This document shows positions 21,837 through 31,689 of a DNA stretch of 64,000 bases, piece after piece; within the stretch, counting starts at the first letter, position 1; each line of letters begins with the position of its first letter. Under the pieces are notes generated by a model. That model was not told the DNA's origin and did no database searches. It saw only the letters and a program-made list of their open reading frames with translations. Both the position numbers and the translations under genes were made by a program. The DNA is from Candidatus Bathyarchaeota archaeon. Lineage in GTDB: Archaea > Thermoproteota > Bathyarchaeia > Bathyarchaeales > Bathycorpusculaceae. The DNA lies in NCBI GenBank assembly GCA_963827165.1, contig CAWGZR010000005.1, positions 288,001-352,000 of the forward strand. Reading direction: 5' to 3'.

Positions 21837-22348
21837 TTTTTTTTCTCTCGCGTTCGCCCAGTATAAAATCGAATTTCTTTTTAGCCAAAATCTATTTTAT
21901 AGGTTTTTGAAAAGTCAATTAACGTGTCTTGTCAACTTTGGCAAAACATTGCGAAGTCAAATTGACAAGTTTGCAAAGTTAACTCGTATACATGGCAAAC
22001 GAACACTTGCTAATGTTCAAAACAAAAAAAACCTGAATATTATTGACTATGCAAATAAGCACGTTTGGTCCATCTGCAATATATGCAACCAGTAGCTATG
22101 TTTCAAGAATTAGCAGCTTCTTCTAACTCGACCAAATCCGCGGCAGTCTCATTTTTCTGGTTAGTTTTAGCATTGTATCGTTCTAAGATTCGCACTTGAA
22201 TTGCAAAGCTGAAACAGGTACCTCATAAAGGCTCCACCGCCTTTTCTTATTGTCAGTGTGCGATCGTTATGGAAGATTGCAGCAACGTTACTGAATTCCG
22301 TAACGGCGATCAAGTCTTAAATCAGATTCTTCGGTGATCAGGACCAGA

Positions 22349-22397
22349 TTTGGAGCCTTCGGCGGGATTTGGACCCGCGACCATTACCTTACCAAGG
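22349..22397. repeat. att site (duplicated 3' half of tRNA-Thr)
   Basis: TTTGGAGCCTTCGGCGGGATTTGGACCCGCGACCATTACCTTACCAAGG identical to 26146-26194. Confidence 0.93.
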
Positions 22398-23259
22398 CGC
22401 CCAAATCATTGAGCCAATGGGCTTTAGAGCCTTTAATTGGCCCGATTTCAAAAAATACGTCTACGGAAAGTACCGAAAAACCACAGCAAAAAGAGTCATG
22501 TGTTACGCCAACCGCTATTATCCTATTCTTGAATCTGGCAAAATCGGTGAAATCAACGCTGTCCAATCAACAACTCGGTCAGAAGTAATCAAAAGTCTGA
22601 TCATAATCTCGAAATACGTCGGTTGCTACAAGCAATTCGAAGCCGCCCTTAAGAGCTACGGAATCAAATCAGTCCAGCCGGACGCGCTTGCCGCCTTCGT
22701 CAGAATCTACAGCAACACAAATAACAACCTGGACGAGTGGTTCGCCAAAGTCAAGCCGATACTGACGCCTCCAGAGAACTTGCTTTTGAAATTTTTGCGC
22801 CTGACAGGGCTACGATGCAGCGAGGGCATTGAAAGCTTCAACCTGATAATCGAGCTTTCGCAGAAGGGAAAATTGTCGGAGTACCTAAGCCGCGACATTG
22901 GAATCTTGGGGCATTTCCGGTACAAAGAAAAATTCCTACGCGGCGCAAAGAATGCCTTCATTTCTATAGTGCCTGAAAGCTTGATCGGGGAAATCGTCGG
23001 AGGCCAGCCTGTAACTTATGCAGCCATCACCAAAAAGCTCCAAAGGCGAAAGATTCCGACCCGAATCAGCGAGCTCCGAGACTTTTATGGCACCTTCATA
23101 ATCAGGCATGGTTTGGTTGCTCAAGAAGCGGACTTGCTCTGCGGGAGAATTCCATCAAGCATATTCGTCAGGCATTATTTTTCTCCAGCGATAAAAGAAC
23201 TCAAAGAACGAACGTTGAAACCTCTTGAAGAAATGCTCGGATCTAAAGGCCTTCAATAA
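22369..23259 (+). CDS. Archaeal SSV1-like tyrosine integrase (att-overlapping)
   Basis: TGLRCSE (R), K in RGAKNAF, ELRDF, LCGRIP, VRHY (Y); N-terminus encoded by antisense tRNA. Confidence 0.88.
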   Translation: MDPRPLPYQGAQIIEPMGFRAFNWPDFKKYVYGKYRKTTAKRVMCYANRYYPILESGKIGEINAVQSTTRSEVIKSLIIISKYVGCYKQFEAALKSYGIKSVQPDALAAFVRIYSNTNNNLDEWFAKVKPILTPPENLLLKFLRLTGLRCSEGIESFNLIIELSQKGKLSEYLSRDIGILGHFRYKEKFLRGAKNAFISIVPESLIGEIVGGQPVTYAAITKKLQRRKIPTRISELRDFYGTFIIRHGLVAQEADLLCGRIPSSIFVRHYFSPAIKELKERTLKPLEEMLGSKGLQ

Positions 23260-23489
23260 ATTGGGGGGGTTAGAAAGGGAGAAAGGCTTGCCCGAATTTA
23301 CCTTATCGTCAGAACACAAAAAATACAAATATCATTTTCTTGATTTGATTTATCCTATGTCGCCAAATCTTGGGAGGCCTTTGAAGCTTTTAGTTCCTGA
23401 GTCAAGGGAAGGTGTGAACCGAGATACAATGTTCAAAAGAGGTAGCGTTTATATTGACTTGATCGTTTATCCAGCTTGAGTTTAAAGAG

Positions 23490-23963
23490 ATGCCATTAAT
23501 ATCCTCTGACGTACAAGCGACAGTTACTCTTGCGACTGACATTGCTATAGTAATCTCCCTAGTCGTTGTGGCAATTCAGGTGTACCTCCAACGAAAAGCA
23601 ACAAAATACAATACTTATGAAAAACTAATGAGTGATTTCTCCGCCACCTCATCCATGTTAATTGACCACCCAGAAATCTTAGAAATATATTACAGAGGTA
23701 ACGGAAAACCGAAAAAATGGGACAAATATAGTGAAGCTGAAAAAAAGGCTTTTAGCTTTTTCAGTTCAACTCTGGCACTGTTGGAAAGAGTTTGGTTTGG
23801 CGTACCCGAGAAGGACTGGATCGATTATTATAGCAAATGGGTTAAAGATCTGGCCACTAATGACATCTTTCTAGATGTTTTCAATGATAGCAAGAAGATA
23901 TATGATGTTTCATTCACCCGTGAAATAGACGCTATCATAAAAGGTATTAAAGAAAAAGGCTAG
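23490..23963 (+). CDS. Hypothetical cargo protein with N-terminal TM helix
   Basis: 157 aa AT-rich ORF flanked by diverged ~135-bp repeats. Confidence 0.7.
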   Translation: MPLISSDVQATVTLATDIAIVISLVVVAIQVYLQRKATKYNTYEKLMSDFSATSSMLIDHPEILEIYYRGNGKPKKWDKYSEAEKKAFSFFSSTLALLERVWFGVPEKDWIDYYSKWVKDLATNDIFLDVFNDSKKIYDVSFTREIDAIIKGIKEKG

Positions 23964-24231
23964 CTTTTCTGAGCCTTAGCGAAAGAAGGCCTTCAATTTT
24001 CGGGGGGTATAAAGGAAAAAAGGCTTGGGTGAAAAAATCTATTCATCAGAACGTACAAAAAATAAGAAATAATCTTTAAGCTCTCGCTTCCTACGGGCGC
24101 CAGTTTCTGGAAGACCTTTGTCCTCGCAAGGCATCATCGTATCCGTTTTTGATCGAAATTTTTCGCAAGACGTTCCTATCTCATAAAAATCTCAAAGAAA
24201 AAAACAAAAAGTAAGTAAGCTCCAAACTGGT

Positions 24232-25404
24232 TCACGGCATGTTGCTAGTTGGAAGCATAGATCGAGTTCGTTTCAATTTTTTAATTGTCAATGCCGCCGC
24301 TGAAAGGGTTACTAAAGTCATTGCTGCTAATACAATGAGTGTAGCGGCAGTGCTAAATTCAGGTATTTTCGGGGTGGCAGTCGGGCTGGGGGAAGTAGAA
24401 GTGGTCGGGGTTGAGGAAGCAGATGTGGAGGAAGAAGAGTCGGGTATTACGTAAACTATGTCCGTACTGGAGCTGGCCACGAATGTCTCACTTTGGGCTG
24501 AATCGTAGGCTATGCCTCCTGAGTGATCTCCCGTGGTTACCGTTGCGACTACTTTGTTGCTAATATCGGATATGACTGAGACGGAGTTGGACCCGTAATT
24601 GGTTACGAATATCTCGCCCAAGTTGGAGTCGTAGGCTGAGCCCGTGGGATTGGTTCCTACAGAGATGGTTGCGACTACTTTGTTGCTACTGTCGGAAATA
24701 ACTGACATCGAGTTGGAGCCATAGTTGTCGACATATATTTCGCCTTTGCCAGAATCATAAGTTACGCCCCAGGGTTCGGTTCCTACGGTTATGGTTGTGA
24801 TTACGGTGTTGCTGCTGTCTGAAATTACAGAGACTTTGCCGGAATTGTAGTTTGCCACGTAGATCTCGTGGTTATTGGAGTCATAAGCTATGCCTAGTGG
24901 ACCTGTTCCTACGGTTACGGTTGCTACTACGGCGTTGCTGCTGTCGGATATAACTGAAACGGAACCGCTGTCTCTGTTGGTTACGAATAGTTCGCCCAAG
25001 TTGGAGTCATAGGCTAAGCCTGATGGATCTGATCCTACGTTGGCGCCTGTTGTTGCTGTGTTGGTGCTGTCTGATATGATCCCTACGTCGTTGTTTGCAG
25101 AGTTGGCCACGTATACCTCGCCTTTGCCGGAATCGTAGGCGGCGCCAGCAGGTGAAGTTCCTACGGGCACGTTTGCAATTATGGCCCTACTGCTGCCTGA
25201 TATGACCATGACCGAGTTGCCGGCGTAGTTGACTACGAACAGCTCGTTTGTGCCTGAATCATAGGTTATGTGAACGGGTTCATTTCCCACTGTTATAACG
25301 TTAGTTACCGCAAGTCCGTGGACTGCATCGGCTGCGAGGAGCGTAAGCAAACCCAATGCAAGGACTATCAACAATATTTTCGTTTTCACTCTTTTCACCT
25401 CCAA
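24232..25404 (-). CDS. YncE/YVTN beta-propeller surface protein with PEF-CTERM-like anchor
   Basis: 7 repeats of AYDS..GE.FVTN..S.SVSVI; Ser/Thr linker; IPEFST, TM, basic tail. Confidence 0.9.
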   Translation of the reverse strand: MEVKRVKTKILLIVLALGLLTLLAADAVHGLAVTNVITVGNEPVHITYDSGTNELFVVNYAGNSVMVISGSSRAIIANVPVGTSPAGAAYDSGKGEVYVANSANNDVGIISDSTNTATTGANVGSDPSGLAYDSNLGELFVTNRDSGSVSVISDSSNAVVATVTVGTGPLGIAYDSNNHEIYVANYNSGKVSVISDSSNTVITTITVGTEPWGVTYDSGKGEIYVDNYGSNSMSVISDSSNKVVATISVGTNPTGSAYDSNLGEIFVTNYGSNSVSVISDISNKVVATVTTGDHSGGIAYDSAQSETFVASSSTDIVYVIPDSSSSTSASSTPTTSTSPSPTATPKIPEFSTAATLIVLAAMTLVTLSAAALTIKKLKRTRSMLPTSNMP

Positions 25405-25932
25405 CTAAGCCGAAAAGATAAAACATACAAACTGCTATTTGCACAACCTTTTTCGTATTAAAAAGGACGCTATTTTATAAGTTTAAAAAAAGGAATTAAT
25501 AAAGAGTTCGCTTGATTACTGAGCAGGCAAGCCTGGCTTAGACTCTGCCGTTTGGGCTTCCAGACTTCGCCCTGAGCCGTTTGCAGATCACGCGAAGATG
25601 TTCAGGGCTCTTCCGTCGATGCGATCTTTCACTGAAAGCAAATATCGAGGGTTCTCGCGTCCCTTCAGTCGTCCCCAAGGGATGACACTGCTTATTTTCC
25701 GCCCCAATCAATGTATCAGCGTAATCGATTTAGCCCGAAATTTTCCCGGGAAATTTTTTGACGCGACCACGCTCGAGGCTCAGGAGCGATCAGCGAAGAA
25801 AGTGAAAAGTTCCTAAACAAAAGGTCAGAAGAAAAATGTCTCGAATACCGAACCTGCTAATCCTTTTTTCTCATCGGCTACCGCAAGAAAACCTGCAGAG
25901 GCGATTAAATATCGCTCAAAGCATATTTTTTT

Positions 25933-26244
25933 ATGCTTTCAAAAACGGAACAGGAATTTCTCAGGGATCCATCAAGTTTTAACTCGAACTATCAACGTTC
26001 GTTGCGCTGCCGCCTGAAAGCCAAAGACGCAAAAATGCGGTCGGAACTTTCTTTGCTCAGAGCTACAGAAAACTGCAGCGGCGTTGCTGAATTCTGCAGC
26101 ACCAGTAAAACTTCAAATCAAGACCATTCATTGAATCGGGGCAAGTTTGGAGCCTTCGGCGGGATTTGGACCCGCGACCATTACCTTACCAAGGTAACGC
26201 CCCACCGGGCTAGGCTACGAAGGCGCTTGACGTTGTTATCGTGA
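25933..26244 (+). CDS. Small element-encoded protein running into att (Int N-part or directionality factor candidate)
   Basis: ATG ORF inside the element whose 3' part is antisense tRNA-Thr; diverged homolog at 22262-22335. Confidence 0.5.
   Translation: MLSKTEQEFLRDPSSFNSNYQRSLRCRLKAKDAKMRSELSLLRATENCSGVAEFCSTSKTSNQDHSLNRGKFGAFGGIWTRDHYLTKVTPHRARLRRRLTLLS
26148..26224 (-). tRNA. tRNA-Thr(GGT), CCA encoded
   Basis: Acceptor GCCTTCG/CGAAGGC, anticodon arm TTACC-TTGGTAA-GGTAA, T arm GCGGG-TCCAAAT-CCCGC. Confidence 0.93.
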
Positions 26245-26480
26245 AAGAACTGCTTAATTGGAATAAAACGCTTACGGTTGATGCAACAAAAAAGCTACTC
26301 TGTATTTGATGTATTCTTTTTTTGAAAGTTTCATATGGTCTGTCAAAAGGGAAAAGAGGCAACGTTATTTTAGTAAACGCGGGAACATTTTTCAAAACGA
26401 AACAATGCTAAAACACATCTCAGCGAGCTAATCAAAACCATCGGCTTGCACTTCTACAGGCTTCTCTGTTGACATTTTCC

Positions 26481-26632
26481 AGCGATTATTATGGCTTATT
26501 TTAGCTTAATCTAGCTTATTCTAGCTTATTATGGCTTAAAATAGCGTATTTTAGCTCACAGTTGCAGCCAAAAAAAGCCCCATTCCAAGAAAGCACTCCA
26601 AAACACAAACAAAAAAATTTCCCTGCCAAAAA
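26481..26632. repeat. 10-bp periodic array (7-8 x nnnGCTTAnn) plus conserved tail, copy A
   Basis: atggcttatt ttagcttaat ctagcttatt ctagcttatt atggcttaaa atagcgtatt ttagctcaca, then TGCAG-N7-AAGCCC-N5-CAAGAAAGCAC-TCCAAAACACAAAC. Confidence 0.85.
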
Positions 26633-26725
26633 TATTAGAGTGGTTCACTTGCTCAGGGTGTGATTTGGGGGAAAAGCTTCATATTAATTAGGTACAAGAG
26701 AGTTTACGTCGTTGAATCGGCGGTT

Positions 26726-26813
26726 GCAGGGGTCTCCAAGTCTGGTCAAAGGAGTAGGGCTTAGGACCCTATCGCGCAGGCGTTCGTGGGTTCAAATCCC
26801 ACCCCCTGCACCA
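26726..26813 (+). tRNA. tRNA-Leu(TAG), CCA encoded
   Basis: GCAGGGG/CCCCTGC acceptor, TAGGG-CTTAGGA-CCCTA anticodon arm, long variable arm, GGTTCAAATCC. Confidence 0.95.
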
Positions 26814-26866
26814 TATAATTAAAACGTATAGGGGGTCCGTCCTGGCGATGTTATGGTGTTTTTCTG

Positions 26867-28186
26867 TTATAGCTTGCGTTTTCTAAAGATTTTTGCGCCG
26901 TCGAATTCTGTGACGTATTCAAAGCCTGCTTCTATTAAGCTGCAGATTTCTTTTTCTGTCTTGGCTACTTTTGAGATGTAGTTTGTTTCGCCTTGGAATA
27001 GTGCTTCTTCAAGTTGGACGTATAAAAGTGTGTTTTTGATGTTTTTGTGGCCTAAGTCGTTGCATTACATAGAGCATGTCTTTGGTTTCGTGATAGAGCA
27101 TTGTTCCTTTCCAGTATCGGAAGGTATGGAAGTGGATTTTTAGCAGTCTAGGGTTGCTGAAGCTTGTATGACGGTTCTTTTTCGTTGGTGGTTAAGTGCT
27201 TACCGTAGTTGTCGATTCTCATGTTAGGTAAGTGAAAATATTTTGTCTCCGTAGTTTTTGGGAGCTTTTCGAGCATTTCTAAGAGTTTATTACTCAGGTG
27301 TACAACACGTGGGTTACTGTGTTTTTCGGCTGTTATATTGACAACTTTGCTTTCGAAGTCTATGTCCTCCCATTTTAGCTGCCAGATTTCTCCGCATCTT
27401 GCACCAGTTTCTTTTAGAACTTGCAGGAATGTTGCCATACGTTGAGTGCAGCCAGCTATGAGTTGGTCGATTTCTGTTTCTTTGGGGATGAATGGCAGTT
27501 TACGGATTGTTTGGTATAGCGGTGGATTCCCATGTGCCTCCGACCATTTTTAGGAATGAGCAGTAGGCATCTACAGCGTTGTTTTTTCTGCCGTTGCTCC
27601 AGGTTTGTTTAGCGATTGTTTCTTTGATAGTTTCTGGGTCGTAAAGGTTTGCGCCTCTTTTGTTGAGCACTTGAAGGAGTTTTGTTCTTCCGATGATTGT
27701 GGCTTCGCTTTTTCCGTCTTTTTTTAGCCACCAGGCATATTCGATGATTTTTCCTTTGACGTCGCCAGTTTGGTTTCTCCGCAGAACTTCAAATGGTTGA
27801 TGTTCTGCTTCCAAGTTTTTCGTCTCCGTGACGCATATTTGGCTTGCGTCAACTATGTCGTCTGTGCTTTTTAATGACTTCGATCAACTGTTTCAATTTC
27901 TTTCAAGTTGGCTGCGGCTTGCTTTGCTTTTTCTGTGTCGTTTGGGTCTGAAAATCTGCGTCCGCAGTCTCTGCAGTACCATCGTTGAATTTCATACCCG
28001 AAGCTGTCTTGTCGTTTGGCATCTTTCCAGACCTCTTTTGGATTTGCATAGGGGACATACAGGAAGAATAAGATCTGAACCTGCGTAATCAGTGAATTGG
28101 TTAATCGTTTCAGCAACTGTATCATTAGAGCTTATTGTAGTCACGTCAGTCACGGGAGTCACGGTCAAAATACAGTGGCTATCCAA
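26867..28186 (-). pseudogene. Tyrosine recombinase/integrase with N-terminal zinc ribbon, split by several frameshifts (possibly sequencing error)
   Basis: Fragments CPLC..CRDC, ETGARCGE, hand-translated IHFHTFRYWKGT..LGHKNIKNTLLY. Confidence 0.85.
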
Positions 28187-28250
28187 TTGTTTGTTGACCT
28201 CCAGTATTAGCCTCGCATGTGTTAGCCGTGACCAGTGTGACCTTCGTGAC
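28140..28250. repeat. Two opposed arrays of GTCAC pentamers at 9-bp period (candidate iterons)
   Basis: GTCAC at 28140/28149/28158; GTGAC at 28228/28237/28246. Confidence 0.65.
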
Positions 28251-28334
28251 CGATATTTTACCGTTTGTGCTGTTGGGTTGGTAATCTACTACAAACTCGC
28301 GCAGTCGCTTCTATTTTATCCGCTTCTAAAAAGA

Positions 28335-29703
28335 TTACTCATGGGTTTTGCCTTTAACTTTTATGAATGCAGGTAGTCCTTTTCCTGCGATGTTGAGGCT
28401 GTTTAACGTTTTTCGTATGCATTGGCTGCTCCATCTAAAGTGTTCCTCTATGGTTTTAGTGGTTAGTGGTTTGGTTTCAAGTGCTTCTGTTCCTTGTTCT
28501 TCATCTATTTCGGCGCTATCCAGAAAATAGTATTTTCCCGGTTGCCATTGTGAAAATAAGCCAGCGTCTGTTTTTCCCATAGGTAATTGATAATTAGACC
28601 ATCCATGCTGCCTGCTTTTTCTTCTATTTTAGCGCGTTGGATTGCTTTTGCTGTGTCAGTGATTGAGGTTTTGAGTGTGGGTTCATATTTTGATAGTGCT
28701 AACAAAGGTAGTAGGCTTGCTATTAGTCTGTGGTCGATTAAATCTTCTATCCAGCTTTCTTTGTTTATTACAACCTGTTGATAATAGGTCATGCGAAGGT
28801 ATAGCAGCTTATTCTGTAGAGCTAAGCCTTCCTTGATCATGCTGTCTGTTTCGAGTACTGGAATTTTCTTGTCACTGACTTCGCTGTAGTAGGGGATTGA
28901 TCTGCTTTCTGTTGCGTTGTCGTCAAAGGCTTTTCTTTGGGTTAGTATTGTTAAGCCGAAATTTGCAAATGTATCCGTCTGATTTGCGTTTGTCGGGTTT
29001 TGTCTGCTTAAGGGTGTCCCAGTCGCTCTACAATTTAGGAAATGTACAAGTTCGCTTTGTTCGTTGGTGTTGGCGAAGTCTGCTTCATCGAGAATTAGAG
29101 TTCCTTGCCATAGATCCAGTGGTCTGTAGAGGCTGGGTATTTTGTTTGTTGACATTTCAAAGTAGGGGCGGTAGCATAGCAATCTAAGAACGAATGCTAA
29201 TCTGTTTTTTCCGCTTTGGCTTGGTCCACGAATTGGTATGAGGGGTGCAAATTTTCCGCTGCCTGCTATATCAAATGTTTGGTCAGAAACAAAACGGTCT
29301 ATCCACCATGAACCAACAGAAATCTAGCTAACAGTTTAACTAAAGCATCTGTCCTCGGGGGTCATAGCTTTCTAAGGCGAATTTGTCGATTTCCCCCAAA
29401 TATTCCCTGAAAACTGGTCTCAGTGTATCCGCTTGGAACTATGACTAAGCCTTTTTTGAGTGAGTCGTTGAATACTGGGGTGTAGATTATGTTTTGTCCT
29501 TTGCTGTTGACTTCGCCCAATGAGATTTGTTGTTGTTCATCAAAGGTTTTGGTTGCAAAATTGTATCTTAGGTATTTAGGCGGGTTTTTTCTATCCCAGA
29601 TTTCTTCTGCTATAAACTCGTTTGTTATTACGGTCGGCTTTTGGATGTAGTGGTCTTTTTCTTGTGCTTGCTGCTCGATTTTACTTATTCTAGCGTTCAT
29701 CAT
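28335..29703 (-). pseudogene. P-loop ATPase/helicase-like replication protein, frameshifted
   Basis: Walker A GPSQSGKN (upstream of 29182, same frame) and Walker B TLILDEAD; fragments 29362-29703, 28505-29250, 28335-28580. Confidence 0.7.
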
Positions 29704-30717
29704 TGTTTTCTGGCTCCAGCGTTTATCGCTTCGATGACTTCCATTATTCCTGAACTGCCTTTGAGATTTCCAATGTTGGCACGGTTGTTGAATTGGTAGT
29801 CTACCGTTGAGATAAATTCCGCTGTTTCAAGGCTTGGCGTGTTGGTTCTTTTGCAGAGTTCTTCGATGATTTCTCTTGCTGACTGATGGGCTATGCCTTC
29901 TTTTATGCACATACCGCAGAAGCTCATGGTTAAATCGTTTCTGTAGCCTTCCTTCCAATATTTAGTGAGCGTATTTACTGTGTTTTCTTGGTCTTGGCTG
30001 CTTAGTTTTTTGAATGTTTTTGGTGTTTCAAAGGCTAATTGAACGCTCTTTTTGGTTTCCATGTTTTCGAGTTTTTGCGTTTCGGCTTCGCTGAAGCTTA
30101 AGCCATGTTTGTTTTCGAGTTCTTCGATGGGTAAGGGTTCGAATGTGTCGAGGTGAGCATTCGGCTCCATTTGCTTTCCACTTGATGCTTTCCAAAGGGT
30201 AGTTTAACAAAGTTTCCATAGGGTGTTTGCGGAGTTAGCGAGTCTTGTTTGGGAAATACTTCGATTTGTTTTGGGTTAAGATTTGCCATCTCTAATATGC
30301 GCAGCCCCAGCCAGCGTGCTGCTTTTGCCTGTACCGGAATGAGGAATAATAGCCAAATATGGTATGAGGGGTTGGATAACGAGACGCTTCAAGGATTATG
30401 CAGTTAGGCCATATTCTGGGTGTTTGATTGCCTTCTTTGTCAGTGGTCTTGTGCAGGAGGATGCTTAGGATTTGTTGCGCAGTAGTTTTTGGGTCAGATA
30501 GTTTTTCGGGGTCTAAGTCAAGGCAGAGCCATTTCACAAGGTTATTGAGGTCTAGTTGATAGCTGCCCACCGTGGTCTTTCCGTCTAAATGCTGCCGTAA
30601 TATTTCGTTGGTTAATATTTGGGGTAGTTTGCTGTAGCCTTGCTTTAGTTGTACGCAGTAGCAGTCTGTGCGGTTAACAAACAAGTCTTTGAGGATAGTT
30701 AAGATATCGGTGGTCAT
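29700..30717 (-). pseudogene. AEP superfamily primase-polymerase (TOTE-type-like) with PriCT-like C-terminus, frameshifted
   Basis: HLDGKTTVGSY..WLCLDLD motif I, EVFPKQ..GNFVKLPFGKH, EGYRND PriCT-like segment. Confidence 0.75.
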
Positions 30718-30810
30718 TTGAGTAAACCATCCGGTCTGTTTTTACAAGTCATACATTTTGCAGGGCACATATTGTTGGCATTGGCTTCGTCGGTCCTATG
30801 TTTGGATGGT

Positions 30811-31017
30811 TTATTCGTCTGTTTTCACCTCTCTAACAATCTTTAGGTAGGCAAAATCTTCGTGTTGGTAGATTAAATGTGCGTTTGTTTGTTCAAGAAT
30901 GAAACGTTTGATTCGTTCATTCTCTGAAGGGGTTGTTTTATACACGTTTCCAAAATAACGTAGCGGCTCTATTGGGTTGAGTTTAGGTTTAGATTCTATA
31001 TCTGATTTTTCTATCAT
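30811..31017 (-). CDS. Small hypothetical protein of the element
   Basis: 68 aa ATG ORF co-oriented upstream of the primase. Confidence 0.5.
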   Translation of the reverse strand: MIEKSDIESKPKLNPIEPLRYFGNVYKTTPSENERIKRFILEQTNAHLIYQHEDFAYLKIVREVKTDE

Positions 31018-31369
31018 ATCTGTTTATCCTGAGCTTTTTTGGGCTCAGGAGATTCGGTTTTTAATATGGAGAAAGGGGAACTACTCCTTCATCCATTGTC
31101 GAATTGACCTATCTTTTAAAACAGGTTTGAAAAATGGTGGCCAAGGTCTCTCTCGCCAAAAATTAATTTGATCACAATCTGATTTCCTGCAGCATACGGT
31201 CACACCTTTGGAACATTATCGACCTTATATCAGTTTTTTACGTGCGTGTATTGGACATTGCCACCGCCTTACTTTTCTTTCCCAGACAAAGTTTTGGGCA
31301 AGGATTGAGGTGCAGTCGTCTAATTGTTTTCTAGTTAGCTGCTGTTTTCCCTTTTTGCACCCTTATGCA

Positions 31370-31570
31370 AGAATAATAAGCCTGCATCAGTAGCTGTGTA
31401 TAGCGATTTTATCCCTTGCTTTTGCATTGAAATGTAATGTTTGTTTGTAACTGCTTCAAAACTTTAGTTAACGTTTTTCGGACTCAACCGAGTTTTCTTC
31501 TTTTTTAGTTCGTTGAACCATACCCATGGGTTATCTTTTAAAACCCCTAAAACTTTAAGCTCATTACGGA
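31370..31570 (-). pseudogene. wHTH transcription regulator fragment (boundaries approximate)
   Basis: Across frames: FNELKKK..RLSPKTLTKVLKQLQ...YTATDAG. Confidence 0.45.
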
Positions 31571-31689
31571 ATGCCCAACGTCAACCGATTTACATCCTTC
31601 GGCAGGTGTCCCACAAAATTCCGCTACCGCTTAATTTTGTGAATATAGTAATACTCATGAAAACAAGTGATTGTTTTAGGCTGGTCGTG

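Larger units (their letters stand above)
22349..26194. mobile_element. 3.85 kb integrated element in tRNA-Thr(GGT) with SSV1-type integrase
   Basis: 49-bp perfect direct repeats at 22349-22397 and 26146-26194 matching the tRNA 3' half; integrase ORF begins within the left repeat. Confidence 0.88.

Noticed and set aside
21911-22030. Scattered GTCAA/TTGAC motifs upstream of the S/T/P-rich gene
   Set aside because: No steady 10-bp phase and no clear tail.
22349-22397. Second tRNA-Thr gene
   Set aside because: Only the 3' half is present; it is an att duplicate.
22334-22588. 84-aa ORF sharing FGAFGGIWTRDHYLTK with ORF 25933
   Set aside because: The shared peptide is just the att repeat; the ORF overlaps the integrase in another frame.
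25520-25690. GC-rich stretch with a GCCCTGA/TCAGGGC stem as a possible ncRNA
   Set aside because: A single short stem with no recognisable family motif or second copy.
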